62,394 bases of DNA, taken from positions 1-62,394 of the forward strand of contig JAZUJA010000087.1 of the NCBI GenBank assembly GCA_045642495.1, in the 5' to 3' direction. A model generated the notes under the pieces. That model did no database searches, was not told the origin of the DNA, and saw nothing but the letters and a program-made list of their open reading frames with translations. The stretch comes from Acutalibacteraceae bacterium. GTDB taxonomy: Bacteria > Bacillota > Clostridia > Oscillospirales > Acutalibacteraceae. Below are positions 9,099-17,911 of this stretch, piece by piece; position 1 is the stretch's first letter; each line of letters opens with the position of its first letter. A program made the translations under genes and the position numbers.

Positions 9099-10106
9099 AT
9101 GCAGAATTTAAGGGTTGATATAATTTATTACAATATGCCTTCGGATTTTGAGATGGAGTTTAATCTTGACGGGGCATGCCGTATGCGCAAGCTCACCGAT
9201 ATGGTAACCGATCGCAAGAGCTATGTTCTTTCTCTTTCTCGCGCCGTAACGCGCAGCAGAATTATAATCGCGTCAGGCCCGCTTTTCGGCGATAAGGGAT
9301 TGATTTATGTTACGGCAAAGGCAGTCGGCAGAGGCTTTTCCCGCGTTAATAACGCAGAATACGGCATAACCGAAGAGGATGATATTGATATTATCGAGGG
9401 CTCAATGCCGCTTGTAACATCGGGCGGAATTTTCGGCGGTCTTATTATGGAAAGCGGACCGCAAACCATTATTTTGCTTTCCGAAAACAAATCAATTCGC
9501 AAAAATATAACGATTAATCTTATTCACCCTTATTTAGAGCAGATAAGTATGATGCCCGTAACAGACGGCGAGGAAACCGATGCCGATGAGTTAGATGCGC
9601 AGGCAGAGGAACTTATGACCGGCGAAGAACAACCTGCCGAAACTGAGGAAACCGAAGAGGTTGAGGAAACAGCTTCTGAGCAGGAGGATATAGATTTAAT
9701 TGATGAAAGCGCCGATTTTGAAGAGAAATCGGAGGAAACGGAAGAAACAGAAACCGCAGAAGAGGACGAAACTGTTGAGGACGAAATAGTTGAGGATGAA
9801 ATAGTTGAGGACGAAAACGATGCATTTGTTTTTGAGCCGCAAAATGTTAAGGCGAATAAACGCATAAATCCATATGAGATCGATTATACATCGAGTGAAG
9901 AAGATAATCAGTATTTAACCGATGATTCCGGAAAATCCTCAAAGAATAAGCTCGGTTTCCCCATAATTTTCTTTTCTGTTTTGTTGCTTTTGTGCATTGC
10001 GTTAATATTTGTTTTCACGGTTGTTTTGCCGTATAAAAACGGACTTTCAACCGCTGAATACATCAAAACTATTTTAGGACTTAAAGCATTTTTACCGAAA
10101 CTTTAA
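9099..10106 (+). CDS. Hypothetical membrane-anchored protein with a degenerate CinA/MoCF-like N-domain, a poly-acidic linker and a C-terminal transmembrane helix
   Basis: RSRIIIASGPLFGDKGLIYVTAKAVGRGF and IIEGSMPLVTSGGIFGGLIMESGPQTIILLS resemble CinA N-domain blocks from memory. An E/D/T-rich stretch follows. The transmembrane helix is FPIIFFSVLLLLCIALIFVFTVVL. Confidence 0.4.
   Translation: MQNLRVDIIYYNMPSDFEMEFNLDGACRMRKLTDMVTDRKSYVLSLSRAVTRSRIIIASGPLFGDKGLIYVTAKAVGRGFSRVNNAEYGITEEDDIDIIEGSMPLVTSGGIFGGLIMESGPQTIILLSENKSIRKNITINLIHPYLEQISMMPVTDGEETDADELDAQAEELMTGEEQPAETEETEEVEETASEQEDIDLIDESADFEEKSEETEETETAEEDETVEDEIVEDEIVEDENDAFVFEPQNVKANKRINPYEIDYTSSEEDNQYLTDDSGKSSKNKLGFPIIFFSVLLLLCIALIFVFTVVLPYKNGLSTAEYIKTILGLKAFLPKL
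9762..9818 (+). repeat. In-frame 15-bp tandem repeat of about 3.8 copies, encoding (EDExV)n
   Basis: GAGGACGAAACTGTT / GAGGACGAAATAGTT / GAGGATGAAATAGTT / GAGGACGAAAAC, inside the acidic linker of the 9099..10106 CDS. Confidence 0.9.
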
Positions 10107-10121
10107 TCGGGGGTATAGGTA

Positions 10122-10598
10122 TTGGTTTTTTGGAACACATTTGCGGGAAAGTTGATTACAACTTTTTTTATCTCGATGATTCCGGTTGCCGAGTTGCGAG
10201 CCGCAATTCCGTTTGGCGTTGCAAGCGGACTTCCTTTGTGGGTGGCAATCGCCGTTTCGGTTATCGGCAATTTGTTTCCCGTGCCGTTTATAATTGTTTT
10301 TATAAGAAAAATTTTCTATCTTATAAGAAAACACGCTCCGCGGTTTGATGGCTTTATATCAAAGCTTGAAGCGCGCGCAAAGGATAAGGCACAGGTCGTT
10401 AGTAAATATGAATTTTGGGGACTTTTCCTGCTTGTTGCAATTCCGCTTCCCGGAACGGGAGCATGGACGGGTGCCCTTGTTGCCGCAATGATCGATATGC
10501 GACTTAAAAGGGCGCTGCCTTCGATAACGCTGGGCGTTATCGCCGCGGGAATTATCGTAACATTCGTAACAAAAGGTGCAGGTGCGCTGTTTTTCTGA
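10122..10598 (+). CDS. Small multidrug-export-like membrane protein (COG2426 / Sm_multidrug_ex type)
   Basis: ISMIPVAELRAAIPFGV and PLPGTGAWTGALVAAM blocks and four predicted transmembrane helices. The TTG start is uncertain. Confidence 0.55.
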   Translation: MVFWNTFAGKLITTFFISMIPVAELRAAIPFGVASGLPLWVAIAVSVIGNLFPVPFIIVFIRKIFYLIRKHAPRFDGFISKLEARAKDKAQVVSKYEFWGLFLLVAIPLPGTGAWTGALVAAMIDMRLKRALPSITLGVIAAGIIVTFVTKGAGALFF

Positions 10599-10637
10599 TA
10601 AATTACATATTAAGGATGTTTAACAGGGGTGATAAAG

Positions 10638-10931
10638 ATGAAAAAATTTATTAAAATCGCAAAACTGATTTTTTGCGTAGCGCTCATTGCGCTTATTCTT
10701 TCATCATCCCTTATAGTTTCCGTTCACCATGCGCATGAATGTGTGAAAAACGATTGTCCTATTTGCCAAATTATAGGTGTTGTAAAGCAGATTTTTGATC
10801 TTGCTTTTGTTTTGCTTAGTCTGGCTTGCGGTCTTTTTTTTGCCGCTTCGGCAAGCTTGCACGCCGGCACGGATTATATAATAAAAATCTTCAATAATCC
10901 CATAAGGTTAAAGGTTAAACTTCTGAACTGA
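10638..10931 (+). CDS. Small hypothetical two-TM protein with an HHAHEC-X4-CPIC motif
   Basis: MKKFIKIAKLIFCVALIALILSSSLIV (TM1), then SVHHAHECVKNDCPICQ, then a second hydrophobic helix. A weak terminator follows it. Confidence 0.5.
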   Translation: MKKFIKIAKLIFCVALIALILSSSLIVSVHHAHECVKNDCPICQIIGVVKQIFDLAFVLLSLACGLFFAASASLHAGTDYIIKIFNNPIRLKVKLLN

Positions 10932-10942
10932 TATAATTCGCC

Positions 10943-10965
10943 AAGGGGTATTTGCGCCCCTTTTT
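10943..10965 (+). terminator. Weak intrinsic terminator after the small His/Cys-motif gene
   Basis: AAGGGG (10943-10948) pairs with CCCCTT (10957-10962), followed by TTT. The stem is short. Confidence 0.4.
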
Positions 10966-10997
10966 GCATTTTTATATTTGTTTGGAGGTTTTTTTAT

Positions 10998-11945
10998 ATG
11001 AAAAAAATCATTTCGTTGTTATTATGCTTATGCTTTTTGGTGGCTATGTTGGGCGGATGCGGAAATTCGGCGGAAACTGCCGAAAAATTCACCGTTGTAA
11101 CAACAATTTTTCCCGTTTACGATTGGGTTAAAAACATAGTCGGCGATAATGCCGATGTCCGGGTTGTTCAGCTGCTTGATGACGGCACCGATCTTCATAA
11201 CTTCAAACCTTCTGCGGGCGATCTCAAAACTCTTTCATCCTGCGATGTGTTTATATATGTTGGCGGCGAATCGGATGAATGGGTCAGCGATGCGCTCGCT
11301 TCGGCGGAAAATAAAAATCTTGAAGAAGTAAATCTTTTGGAGCTTTTGGGTTCTCGCGCTAAAATCGAGGAGGCTCTCCCCGGTATGCAGAAAGAAGAGG
11401 GCGAAGAAGAAGCGGCAGATGAGCATATCTGGTTATCCCTTAAAAATGCCGCGTTTTTAAGCGAAAAAATCGCCGATATTTTATCTCAAAAATTAAATCT
11501 TGATTTCAAGCAGAACGCACAGGCTTATGCCCAAAAATTGACCGAAATGGATGAGGAATTCGAGAAAGCGATAGGCGAAAATCCCGAAAAACCGATCATA
11601 ATTGCCGATCGTTTCCCGTTCAGGTATTTCGCCGATGATTATAACTTAAAATGCTTTGCCGCATTTTCCGGTTGTTCTGCGGAAACAGAGGTAAGCTTCA
11701 AAACGGTTTCCTTCCTTTCAGAGCAGTTTAAGAACAGTTGCTCAAAATATATCCTTGTTCTTGAAGGCTCGGATAAAAAAATAGCAAAAACCGTTTTAGA
11801 AGATGCGGGAAGTCCCGATGCTCAAATTCTGTCGCTAAATTCCATGCAGGCGATAACGGCGGCTGATGTAAAAGCCGGGGCAGAGTATATTAAAATTATG
11901 GAAGAAAATATAAGCACTTTCAAAAAGGTAATCTCAGGGGAATAA
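10998..11945 (+). CDS. Metal (zinc/manganese) ABC transporter substrate-binding lipoprotein, ZnuA/AdcA-like
   Basis: Lipobox LVAMLGGC, the cluster-9 SBP pattern (VVTTIFPVYDW ... DLHNFKP ... DEHIW) and an acidic loop QKEEGEEEAADEH. Confidence 0.8.
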   Translation: MKKIISLLLCLCFLVAMLGGCGNSAETAEKFTVVTTIFPVYDWVKNIVGDNADVRVVQLLDDGTDLHNFKPSAGDLKTLSSCDVFIYVGGESDEWVSDALASAENKNLEEVNLLELLGSRAKIEEALPGMQKEEGEEEAADEHIWLSLKNAAFLSEKIADILSQKLNLDFKQNAQAYAQKLTEMDEEFEKAIGENPEKPIIIADRFPFRYFADDYNLKCFAAFSGCSAETEVSFKTVSFLSEQFKNSCSKYILVLEGSDKKIAKTVLEDAGSPDAQILSLNSMQAITAADVKAGAEYIKIMEENISTFKKVISGE

Positions 11946-11948
11946 AAA

Positions 11949-12656
11949 ATGGCTCAGTTAGAATGTAAAAACTTAAATGTCGGTTATATGAAGCGAATCG
12001 TTGCAAGCGATATAAACTTTTCGGTTAGTAAGGGTGATTATCTTTGCATCGTCGGTGAAAACGGATCGGGCAAATCAACCCTTATGAAAACGATATTGGG
12101 GCTTATTCCCGCCGTTTCGGGCAAGATAATTTATTCCGACGGTCTTATTCGCCGCCAGATAGGCTATCTGCCGCAGCAAACCGATATTCAAAGGGATTTT
12201 CCGGCATCGGTTTTTGAAATCGTTTTATCGGGTTGTCAGGCAAACGGCAAATTTAAGCCGTTTTACACCAAGGCGGACAAGCAGCTTGCAACCGAAAATA
12301 TGGAAAAACTCGGTATTCTTCCCCTTAAAAACCGTTGTTACAGTCGCCTTTCGGGCGGTCAGCAGCAAAGGGTTTTATTGGCGCGCGCTTTATGCGCCAC
12401 AAGCGGACTGTTGCTCCTTGATGAGCCGGTTTCGGGGCTTGATCCGAAGGTTACCGAAGAGATGTATGAAACGGTGAATGAGCTTAACCGCAAAAACAAT
12501 ATAACGGTTATTATGATTTCTCATGATATCAAGGCGGCGCTTTGCTATGCAACCCATATTCTGCATGTGGGTCACACAGCCTTTTTCGGCACCGTTGAGG
12601 AATATAAAGAATCTCATATCGGTTTTGAAAGTTCAAAGGGAGGCGAAAACCAATGA
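11949..12656 (+). CDS. Metal ABC transporter ATP-binding protein (ZnuC-like)
   Basis: Walker A GENGSGKST, signature LSGGQQQR and Walker B LLLLDEP. Confidence 0.85.
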   Translation: MAQLECKNLNVGYMKRIVASDINFSVSKGDYLCIVGENGSGKSTLMKTILGLIPAVSGKIIYSDGLIRRQIGYLPQQTDIQRDFPASVFEIVLSGCQANGKFKPFYTKADKQLATENMEKLGILPLKNRCYSRLSGGQQQRVLLARALCATSGLLLLDEPVSGLDPKVTEEMYETVNELNRKNNITVIMISHDIKAALCYATHILHVGHTAFFGTVEEYKESHIGFESSKGGENQ

Positions 12657-13519
12657 GCGATATTATCTCTTCTCTTACATTCTATCTTTCAAAGTTTTAT
12701 GTTCAGTATGCGCTGATAGCAGGCGTTCTTATTGCGCTTTGTTCTTCGCTTTTCGGCGTAACGCTTGTTCTTAAAAGATTTTCGTTTATCGGTGACGGAC
12801 TTTCCCATGTTGCTTTCGGCGCTATGGCGATCGCATCTGTGCTTAAAATAACCGAGGATATGCCGATAATATTGCTTATAACCATTTTGTGCGCCGTTCT
12901 TATTCTGCGCCCCGGTAAAAACGCGAGAATAAAAGGCGATGCCGCCGTTGCCATGATTTCGGTTGGCGCGCTGGCGATAGGTTATCTTATAATAAACATT
13001 GCCGCAAAGTTCGGCGGCGGTCATTCGTCCGGCAATATTGCCGCGGATGTTTGCTCAACCCTTTTCGGTTCTTCTTCAATACTAACTCTTTCAAAAAGTG
13101 ATGTTATTTTAAGTGCGGTATTATCAATCGGTACAATCATACTGTTTGTTTTATTTTATAATAAAATTTTTGCCGTAACATTTGATGAAAATTTTGCCCG
13201 TGCCGCAGGAACTAACGCAGGTGCTTATAATCTGCTTATTTCGGTTGTGGTTGCGGTTATTATAGTTCTTGCAATGAACCTTGTGGGTTCATTGCTTATA
13301 TCTGCGCTTGTTATCTTTCCCGCCCTTTCGGCAATGCGAGTTTTCAAATCGTTTAAGAGCGTGACTATTTGCGCGGCTGTTTTCTCGGTCGTTTGCACGG
13401 CGCTTGGCATTATTGTTGCTATTTTGTGTGAAACTCCGGTGGGTTCAACCATTGTCGGCGTGGATATTTTGGGCTTTTTGATTTTCCATTTGTGCGGCCT
13501 TAGTGGAGGCAAAAAATAA
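12653..13519 (+). CDS. Metal ABC transporter permease (ZnuB-like)
   Basis: Polytopic ABC-3-type permease. It overlaps the ATPase stop by 4 nt. Confidence 0.8.
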   Translation: MSDIISSLTFYLSKFYVQYALIAGVLIALCSSLFGVTLVLKRFSFIGDGLSHVAFGAMAIASVLKITEDMPIILLITILCAVLILRPGKNARIKGDAAVAMISVGALAIGYLIINIAAKFGGGHSSGNIAADVCSTLFGSSSILTLSKSDVILSAVLSIGTIILFVLFYNKIFAVTFDENFARAAGTNAGAYNLLISVVVAVIIVLAMNLVGSLLISALVIFPALSAMRVFKSFKSVTICAAVFSVVCTALGIIVAILCETPVGSTIVGVDILGFLIFHLCGLSGGKK

Positions 13520-13962
13520 TGAAAAAGTTAATATGTGCAGTGCTTGCGTTGGTTCTTTTGTTTTCTTTTGCGGGTTGCGGTGAAAAGGCGACAGAGCAAA
13601 AGAAGGTAAATGAGAATGCTATTGATGTTGACCTTACGGTTATGAACTCAACCATGGTTTATAATGAGGTTTACAATATGCTTCAAAATCCGCAGAATTA
13701 TATCGGCAAAACGGTTAAAATGGGCGGAATTTTCGGTGCCAACACGCAAAATCCGCAAAGAAATTATTATTTTTGCGTTATCCCCGATGCAACGGCTTGC
13801 TGCAGTCAGGGTTTGGAATTTTTGCTTCGCGGTAAGCATGAATACCCTGCCGATTATCCGCAGGAAGGTACAAATATAACCGTTGTGGGAACATTCGGCA
13901 CTTATAAAGAGGGCGATCAGACCTATTGTCAGCTCGAAAATTCAACCCTCGCGCAAAACTGA
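13519..13962 (+). CDS. Lipoprotein with a CC motif (DUF1980/TIGR03943 C-terminal-domain-like), translationally coupled to the permease
   Basis: Lipobox LLFSFAGC. The block GKTVKMGGIFGAN...YYFCVIPDATACCSQGLEFLL...TNITVVGTF resembles the recalled xxCCaaDa domain. TAATG overlap with the znuB-like stop. Confidence 0.45.
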   Translation: MKKLICAVLALVLLFSFAGCGEKATEQKKVNENAIDVDLTVMNSTMVYNEVYNMLQNPQNYIGKTVKMGGIFGANTQNPQRNYYFCVIPDATACCSQGLEFLLRGKHEYPADYPQEGTNITVVGTFGTYKEGDQTYCQLENSTLAQN

Positions 13963-13982
13963 ATATAATATAACAAAAAAGG

Positions 13983-14013
13983 CAGACGGATATTATCATC
14001 CGTCTGTTTTTTT
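13983..14013 (+). terminator. Intrinsic terminator at the end of the metal-uptake operon
   Basis: CAGACGGAT (13983-13991) pairs with ATCCGTCTG (13998-14006), followed by TTTTTTT. Confidence 0.85.
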
Positions 14014-14038
14014 GCATATAATAAACGGGTGATATTAT

Positions 14039-14497
14039 ATGGATAAAGATTATATAAGAGAGTTGTTTGAATATCAAAAACGCGCTGTAAGCGCCGATGC
14101 GCGCGTGGCACAGGAGGGCGAAAACATAGGGTATCTCACCTTTTTTGTAACAACCCTTAAAGGCATTTTGCCGATCGAGGCGGCAAGGGTGACCGTTTTT
14201 GATGAATTGGGGAAAGAGATAGCGTTTGCCGTTACCGATTCAAGCGGCAAAACCGAAAGCTTTGCTCTTGCGGCAAAACCGCGCGCACAGTCGCTTGAAA
14301 GCTCTGATGATAAGTCGCCTTATTCGCTTTATTCCGCCAAAATTCATGCCGACGGTTACACAGAGCAGATAATAAATAATATTCCGGTTTTTTCGGGCGT
14401 TACATCGCTTAAAAGGGTGAACCTTGTTTCTCTTTCTTCAAGCGGTAAGGATAAGGGCCCCGGCGTTACAAACGATATGCCCGATTATCATCTTTAA
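14039..14497 (+). CDS. Hypothetical protein with a carboxypeptidase-regulatory-like (beta-sandwich) domain
   Basis: The pattern LPIEAARVTVFDELGKEIAFAVTDSSGKTESFAL ... YSAKIHADGY is typical of CarboxypepD_reg-like folds. It lies 15 nt upstream of the next gene. Confidence 0.4.
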   Translation: MDKDYIRELFEYQKRAVSADARVAQEGENIGYLTFFVTTLKGILPIEAARVTVFDELGKEIAFAVTDSSGKTESFALAAKPRAQSLESSDDKSPYSLYSAKIHADGYTEQIINNIPVFSGVTSLKRVNLVSLSSSGKDKGPGVTNDMPDYHL

Positions 14498-14512
14498 GGG
14501 GGAAACGGCATT

Positions 14513-15886
14513 ATGGATCAAGCAGTTTTACCGGTTATTCCGTCAAATATAACGGTGCATTTGGGTGCGCCGGATCAAAACGCGGAGAATGTAACGCTTC
14601 CGTTTGCGGAGTACATAAAAAATGTCGCTTCGGGTGAAATATACCCAACCTGGCCCGAAAACGCCCTGAGGGCGAATATTTATGCCATAATTTCCTTTGC
14701 GCTTAATCGCGTCTATTCCGAGCATTATCCGTCGCGCGGGTATGATTTTGATATAACATCAACAACCGTTTATGATCAATCATTTGCGAAAAACCGTGAT
14801 ATTTTTGAAAACATCAGCCGTATTGTTGATGAAATTTTCAATAACTATATTGTTAAGGGCGAGTCGGTTTCGCCTTATTTCACGCAGTTTTGCAACGGCA
14901 CAACCTCAAAATGCGAGGGGCTTTCGCAGTGGGGCACTGTGGACCTTGCAAACAGGGGGTTTACGCCCTTGCAGATACTTAAATATTATTACGGCGATGA
15001 TATAAGAATAGTCGCAAACGCGCCGGTGCAGGATATTGCGGAGTCCTATCCCGGCACTCCGCTTGTTATAGGTGATTCGGGCAATGCGGTAAAAATCATT
15101 CAAACTCAGCTTAACCGCATTGCGAAAAACTATCCCGCCATTCCCGTTATCGAGATGCCGGACGGCATTTTCGGCATTCAAACATTAGAGGCGGTAAAGG
15201 CATTTCAGCAGATTTTTTCTCTCGCCGCCACGGGGCAGGTGGATAAATCGACCTGGTATAAAATAAAAAGATATTATGCGGGGGTCAAGGCGCTTTCGGA
15301 GCTTGTAAGCGAGGGTATAACCGTTGAAGAAGTTCAGCTGCCTTATAAAAATGTTTTAAGTTTCGGTGATACGGGTATCGGGGTGCAAACGGTGCAATAT
15401 TATTTAGCCGTTATTTCGTATCTTAATCCGGCGGTTCAAACCCCTTCGGTAAACGGAAATTTTGATGAAAAAACATTGCAGTCGGTTAAATCTTTTCAGG
15501 CATTTTACGGGCTTTCGCAAACGGGTCGGGTTGAAAAAAACACATATAATACGATGAAAAAGATTTACACCGATACCCTTGTTTCTCTGCCGCCCAATTA
15601 TAACGGCGATAACGCGAAGTTTTATCCCGGCTATCTGTTAAGCTTTGGTATGCAGGGGGAAGCGGTCAGCGATATTCAAAAATATTTATCGGTTATCGGC
15701 AGATACTATGCCGACCTGCCCGAAATCCCCGTTACGGGATATTTCGGCGAGCAAACCCAAAACGCCGTAAACGAATTTCAGCGCCTTTTCGGTATTCCCG
15801 TTTCGGGTGCGGTCGGTGCGGTAACATGGGGCGATATTGCAAAGCAGTATGATTTTTTGGTTGAAACCGAGGGTGCGCGGTATTAA
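14513..15886 (+). CDS. SpoIID/LytB-like domain protein with three PG_binding_1 repeats (SleC-like candidate spore cortex-lytic enzyme)
   Basis: The N-terminal block (YIKNVASGEI...ENALRANIYAIISFALNRV...YDQSF...GLSQWGTVDLA) is SpoIID-like. Three repeats follow the pattern G..V..IQ..L......P...DG.FG..T..AV..FQ..F.L...G. Confidence 0.6.
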   Translation: MDQAVLPVIPSNITVHLGAPDQNAENVTLPFAEYIKNVASGEIYPTWPENALRANIYAIISFALNRVYSEHYPSRGYDFDITSTTVYDQSFAKNRDIFENISRIVDEIFNNYIVKGESVSPYFTQFCNGTTSKCEGLSQWGTVDLANRGFTPLQILKYYYGDDIRIVANAPVQDIAESYPGTPLVIGDSGNAVKIIQTQLNRIAKNYPAIPVIEMPDGIFGIQTLEAVKAFQQIFSLAATGQVDKSTWYKIKRYYAGVKALSELVSEGITVEEVQLPYKNVLSFGDTGIGVQTVQYYLAVISYLNPAVQTPSVNGNFDEKTLQSVKSFQAFYGLSQTGRVEKNTYNTMKKIYTDTLVSLPPNYNGDNAKFYPGYLLSFGMQGEAVSDIQKYLSVIGRYYADLPEIPVTGYFGEQTQNAVNEFQRLFGIPVSGAVGAVTWGDIAKQYDFLVETEGARY

Positions 15887-15917
15887 AAAAGATAATCGGC
15901 ACATAATAAAATCGGTG

Positions 15918-17387
15918 ATGATTATTTATTCCTTAAACGATTATAAAAATGCCGTTTTGTCGGGTGAACTAAACGCGGATACTGCATATATTAAAAATGT
16001 TTTTTCGGGTGACAGCGTTCTCAGAACCAGAAAATTAAAATTCGGCAAAAGCGATGATCTTATTTGCATTTTGTTTTTTGATGGGCTTGCGGGCAGCATG
16101 GCGATAAATGATTCGATCGTGCGTCCGATTGTCACTTATAAATCAGAAAAGAGAATTCGGCTTGATGCCGATTATCTTTATAACCGAGTTCTCTTTTCGG
16201 GTGAACTTAAAAAAACGACCTGCGTTGCCGATATGATAAAGGGAATTTTGCAGGGCGATACACTTATCCTTGTAAACGGCGATAAAACCGCGCTTGTTGC
16301 CAACACCAAGGGGTTTCATACACGCGGTATCGCAGAGCCAAAAGACGAAAAGGTCAGCATCGGTCCGCGCGAGGGGTTTGAGGAAACGGCGATGTATAGT
16401 CTTGCGATGTTAAGACGCAAGCTTCAAACCCCTGATTTTTGCGCCGAGTATATAACCGTTGGCAGAAGAACTGACACCGCGGTTTATATTTGCTATCTTC
16501 GTTCGCTAAGCGATAAGCGGCTTTTGAATGAACTTAAAGAAAAAATATCGAGAATGGATATTGACGGAATACTTGACAGCAACTATATCGCCGAGCAACT
16601 CAGAAAACGCGGTGGCAACCGTTGCGGCAAAACCGAACGCCCCGATGTTGTTGCGGCAAGATTGCTTGAAGGCAGAATTGCCGTTATTGTTGACGGAACA
16701 CCGGTTGTTTTAACAATGCCCTATTTGTTTTCCGAAAATTTCCAAAGCAGCGAGGATTATTATATAAACGCGTTTTTCGCCGGCGGTATGCGACTGATAA
16801 GATTTTTGGGCTTTATCATTTCGGTTTGTGCTCCGGGCGGGTATATCGTTCTTCTCAACTTCCATCCCGAACTGTTGCCAACCGATTTTATCGTATCGGT
16901 GCTTAAAGCGCGGCAGGGCGTGCCCTTCGGCAATATTGCCGAGTGTTTGTTTTTGTGTTTCAGCTTCGAGCTGCTTCGTGAAGCGGGCGCCCGCAACACC
17001 GAAACAGGCGGACAAGCGCTTTCAATAGTCGGCGGTCTTGTTGTGGGACAAGCGGTGGTTGAAGCGCGGCTTATAAGTGCGCCTGCCCTTGTTATCGTTT
17101 CACTTTCAAGCATTTGCGCAATTTTGGTTCCCCGCCTTAAAACAACCGTTTTTTATTTGCGGCTTATCCTTATTGTCGCCTCTGCCGCCTGCGGTGCGGT
17201 GGGATTTTTTGCGGTTATGTTTGTTTATCTTTCAATGATCGTTTCGGAAAAATCGTTTTATGTCAGCTCCGCAATTTCGCTTGACCGTTTTAACTTTTCC
17301 TCGCTTAAAGATTCGCTTATAAGGGCGGATTTTAAGCTGATGAAAACAAGGCCGCCCATAACAAAAAACAAGGTGAGAAGAAAATGA
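15918..17387 (+). CDS. Spore germination protein, GerA (A-subunit) family
   Basis: Typical GerAA-type blocks (GIAEPKDEKVSIGPREGFEE, DGTPVVLTMPYLF) and C-terminal transmembrane helices. I chose the start at MIIYSLNDY (15918), which is uncertain. Confidence 0.8.
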   Translation: MIIYSLNDYKNAVLSGELNADTAYIKNVFSGDSVLRTRKLKFGKSDDLICILFFDGLAGSMAINDSIVRPIVTYKSEKRIRLDADYLYNRVLFSGELKKTTCVADMIKGILQGDTLILVNGDKTALVANTKGFHTRGIAEPKDEKVSIGPREGFEETAMYSLAMLRRKLQTPDFCAEYITVGRRTDTAVYICYLRSLSDKRLLNELKEKISRMDIDGILDSNYIAEQLRKRGGNRCGKTERPDVVAARLLEGRIAVIVDGTPVVLTMPYLFSENFQSSEDYYINAFFAGGMRLIRFLGFIISVCAPGGYIVLLNFHPELLPTDFIVSVLKARQGVPFGNIAECLFLCFSFELLREAGARNTETGGQALSIVGGLVVGQAVVEARLISAPALVIVSLSSICAILVPRLKTTVFYLRLILIVASAACGAVGFFAVMFVYLSMIVSEKSFYVSSAISLDRFNFSSLKDSLIRADFKLMKTRPPITKNKVRRK

Positions 17388-17911
17388 AAAAAGCATTATC
17401 TTTTGCAATCGTTTTAAGTTGCGCTTTATCGCTTTGCTCCTGCGGTTACCGTGAAATTGACGCGCAGTATGTTGCGGCTTCCCTTTTTGTATGGGGCGAT
17501 GAAACAGTTAATGTATGCGTTGAAATGATCGGCACCGACGGGCAGGAAAAATCGGAATTTATAAGTTTTAGCGCCGCGGATTATAAGGCGGCGTTCGGCG
17601 GGCTTTGCTCTTCCTTGCCATACAGAATATCGCTGTCGCACCTGGCGGCAATAATCGTTGATGAAAACTGCGTTTTATCAACACTTGGCGATATAAAGCA
17701 AACAAGGGATATAAACCCTGCCGCCCGTGTTGCCGTTTCGGCTGAAACAGAGTCACTTATTAAGGCGAGTTACAGCGGCACGGCGATCGGCTTTGATATT
17801 TTATCGCTTATAAAAAAAGATAAATCGCGCGATTTTAAGCTGGCGCTTTCAAACAGCGGTTCGGATTTTGCAAAGCTTAAATTATATAACGGCAGGGTGG
17901 TTTTAGCTTGA
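17384..17911 (+). CDS. Ger(x)C-family germination lipoprotein, N-terminal half only (175 aa)
   Basis: Lipobox ALSLCSCGYREID and GerAC N-domain-like layout. It overlaps the A-subunit stop by 4 nt. Confidence 0.5.
   Translation: MKKALSFAIVLSCALSLCSCGYREIDAQYVAASLFVWGDETVNVCVEMIGTDGQEKSEFISFSAADYKAAFGGLCSSLPYRISLSHLAAIIVDENCVLSTLGDIKQTRDINPAARVAVSAETESLIKASYSGTAIGFDILSLIKKDKSRDFKLALSNSGSDFAKLKLYNGRVVLA

Noticed and set aside
9560-9830. Repetitive GAA/GAG-rich DNA that could be mistaken for a repeat array or CRISPR.
   Set aside because: It is in-frame coding sequence for a poly-acidic linker. There are no spacer-repeat periodicity and no cas genes. Only the 15-bp tandem repeat at 9762-9818 is reported.
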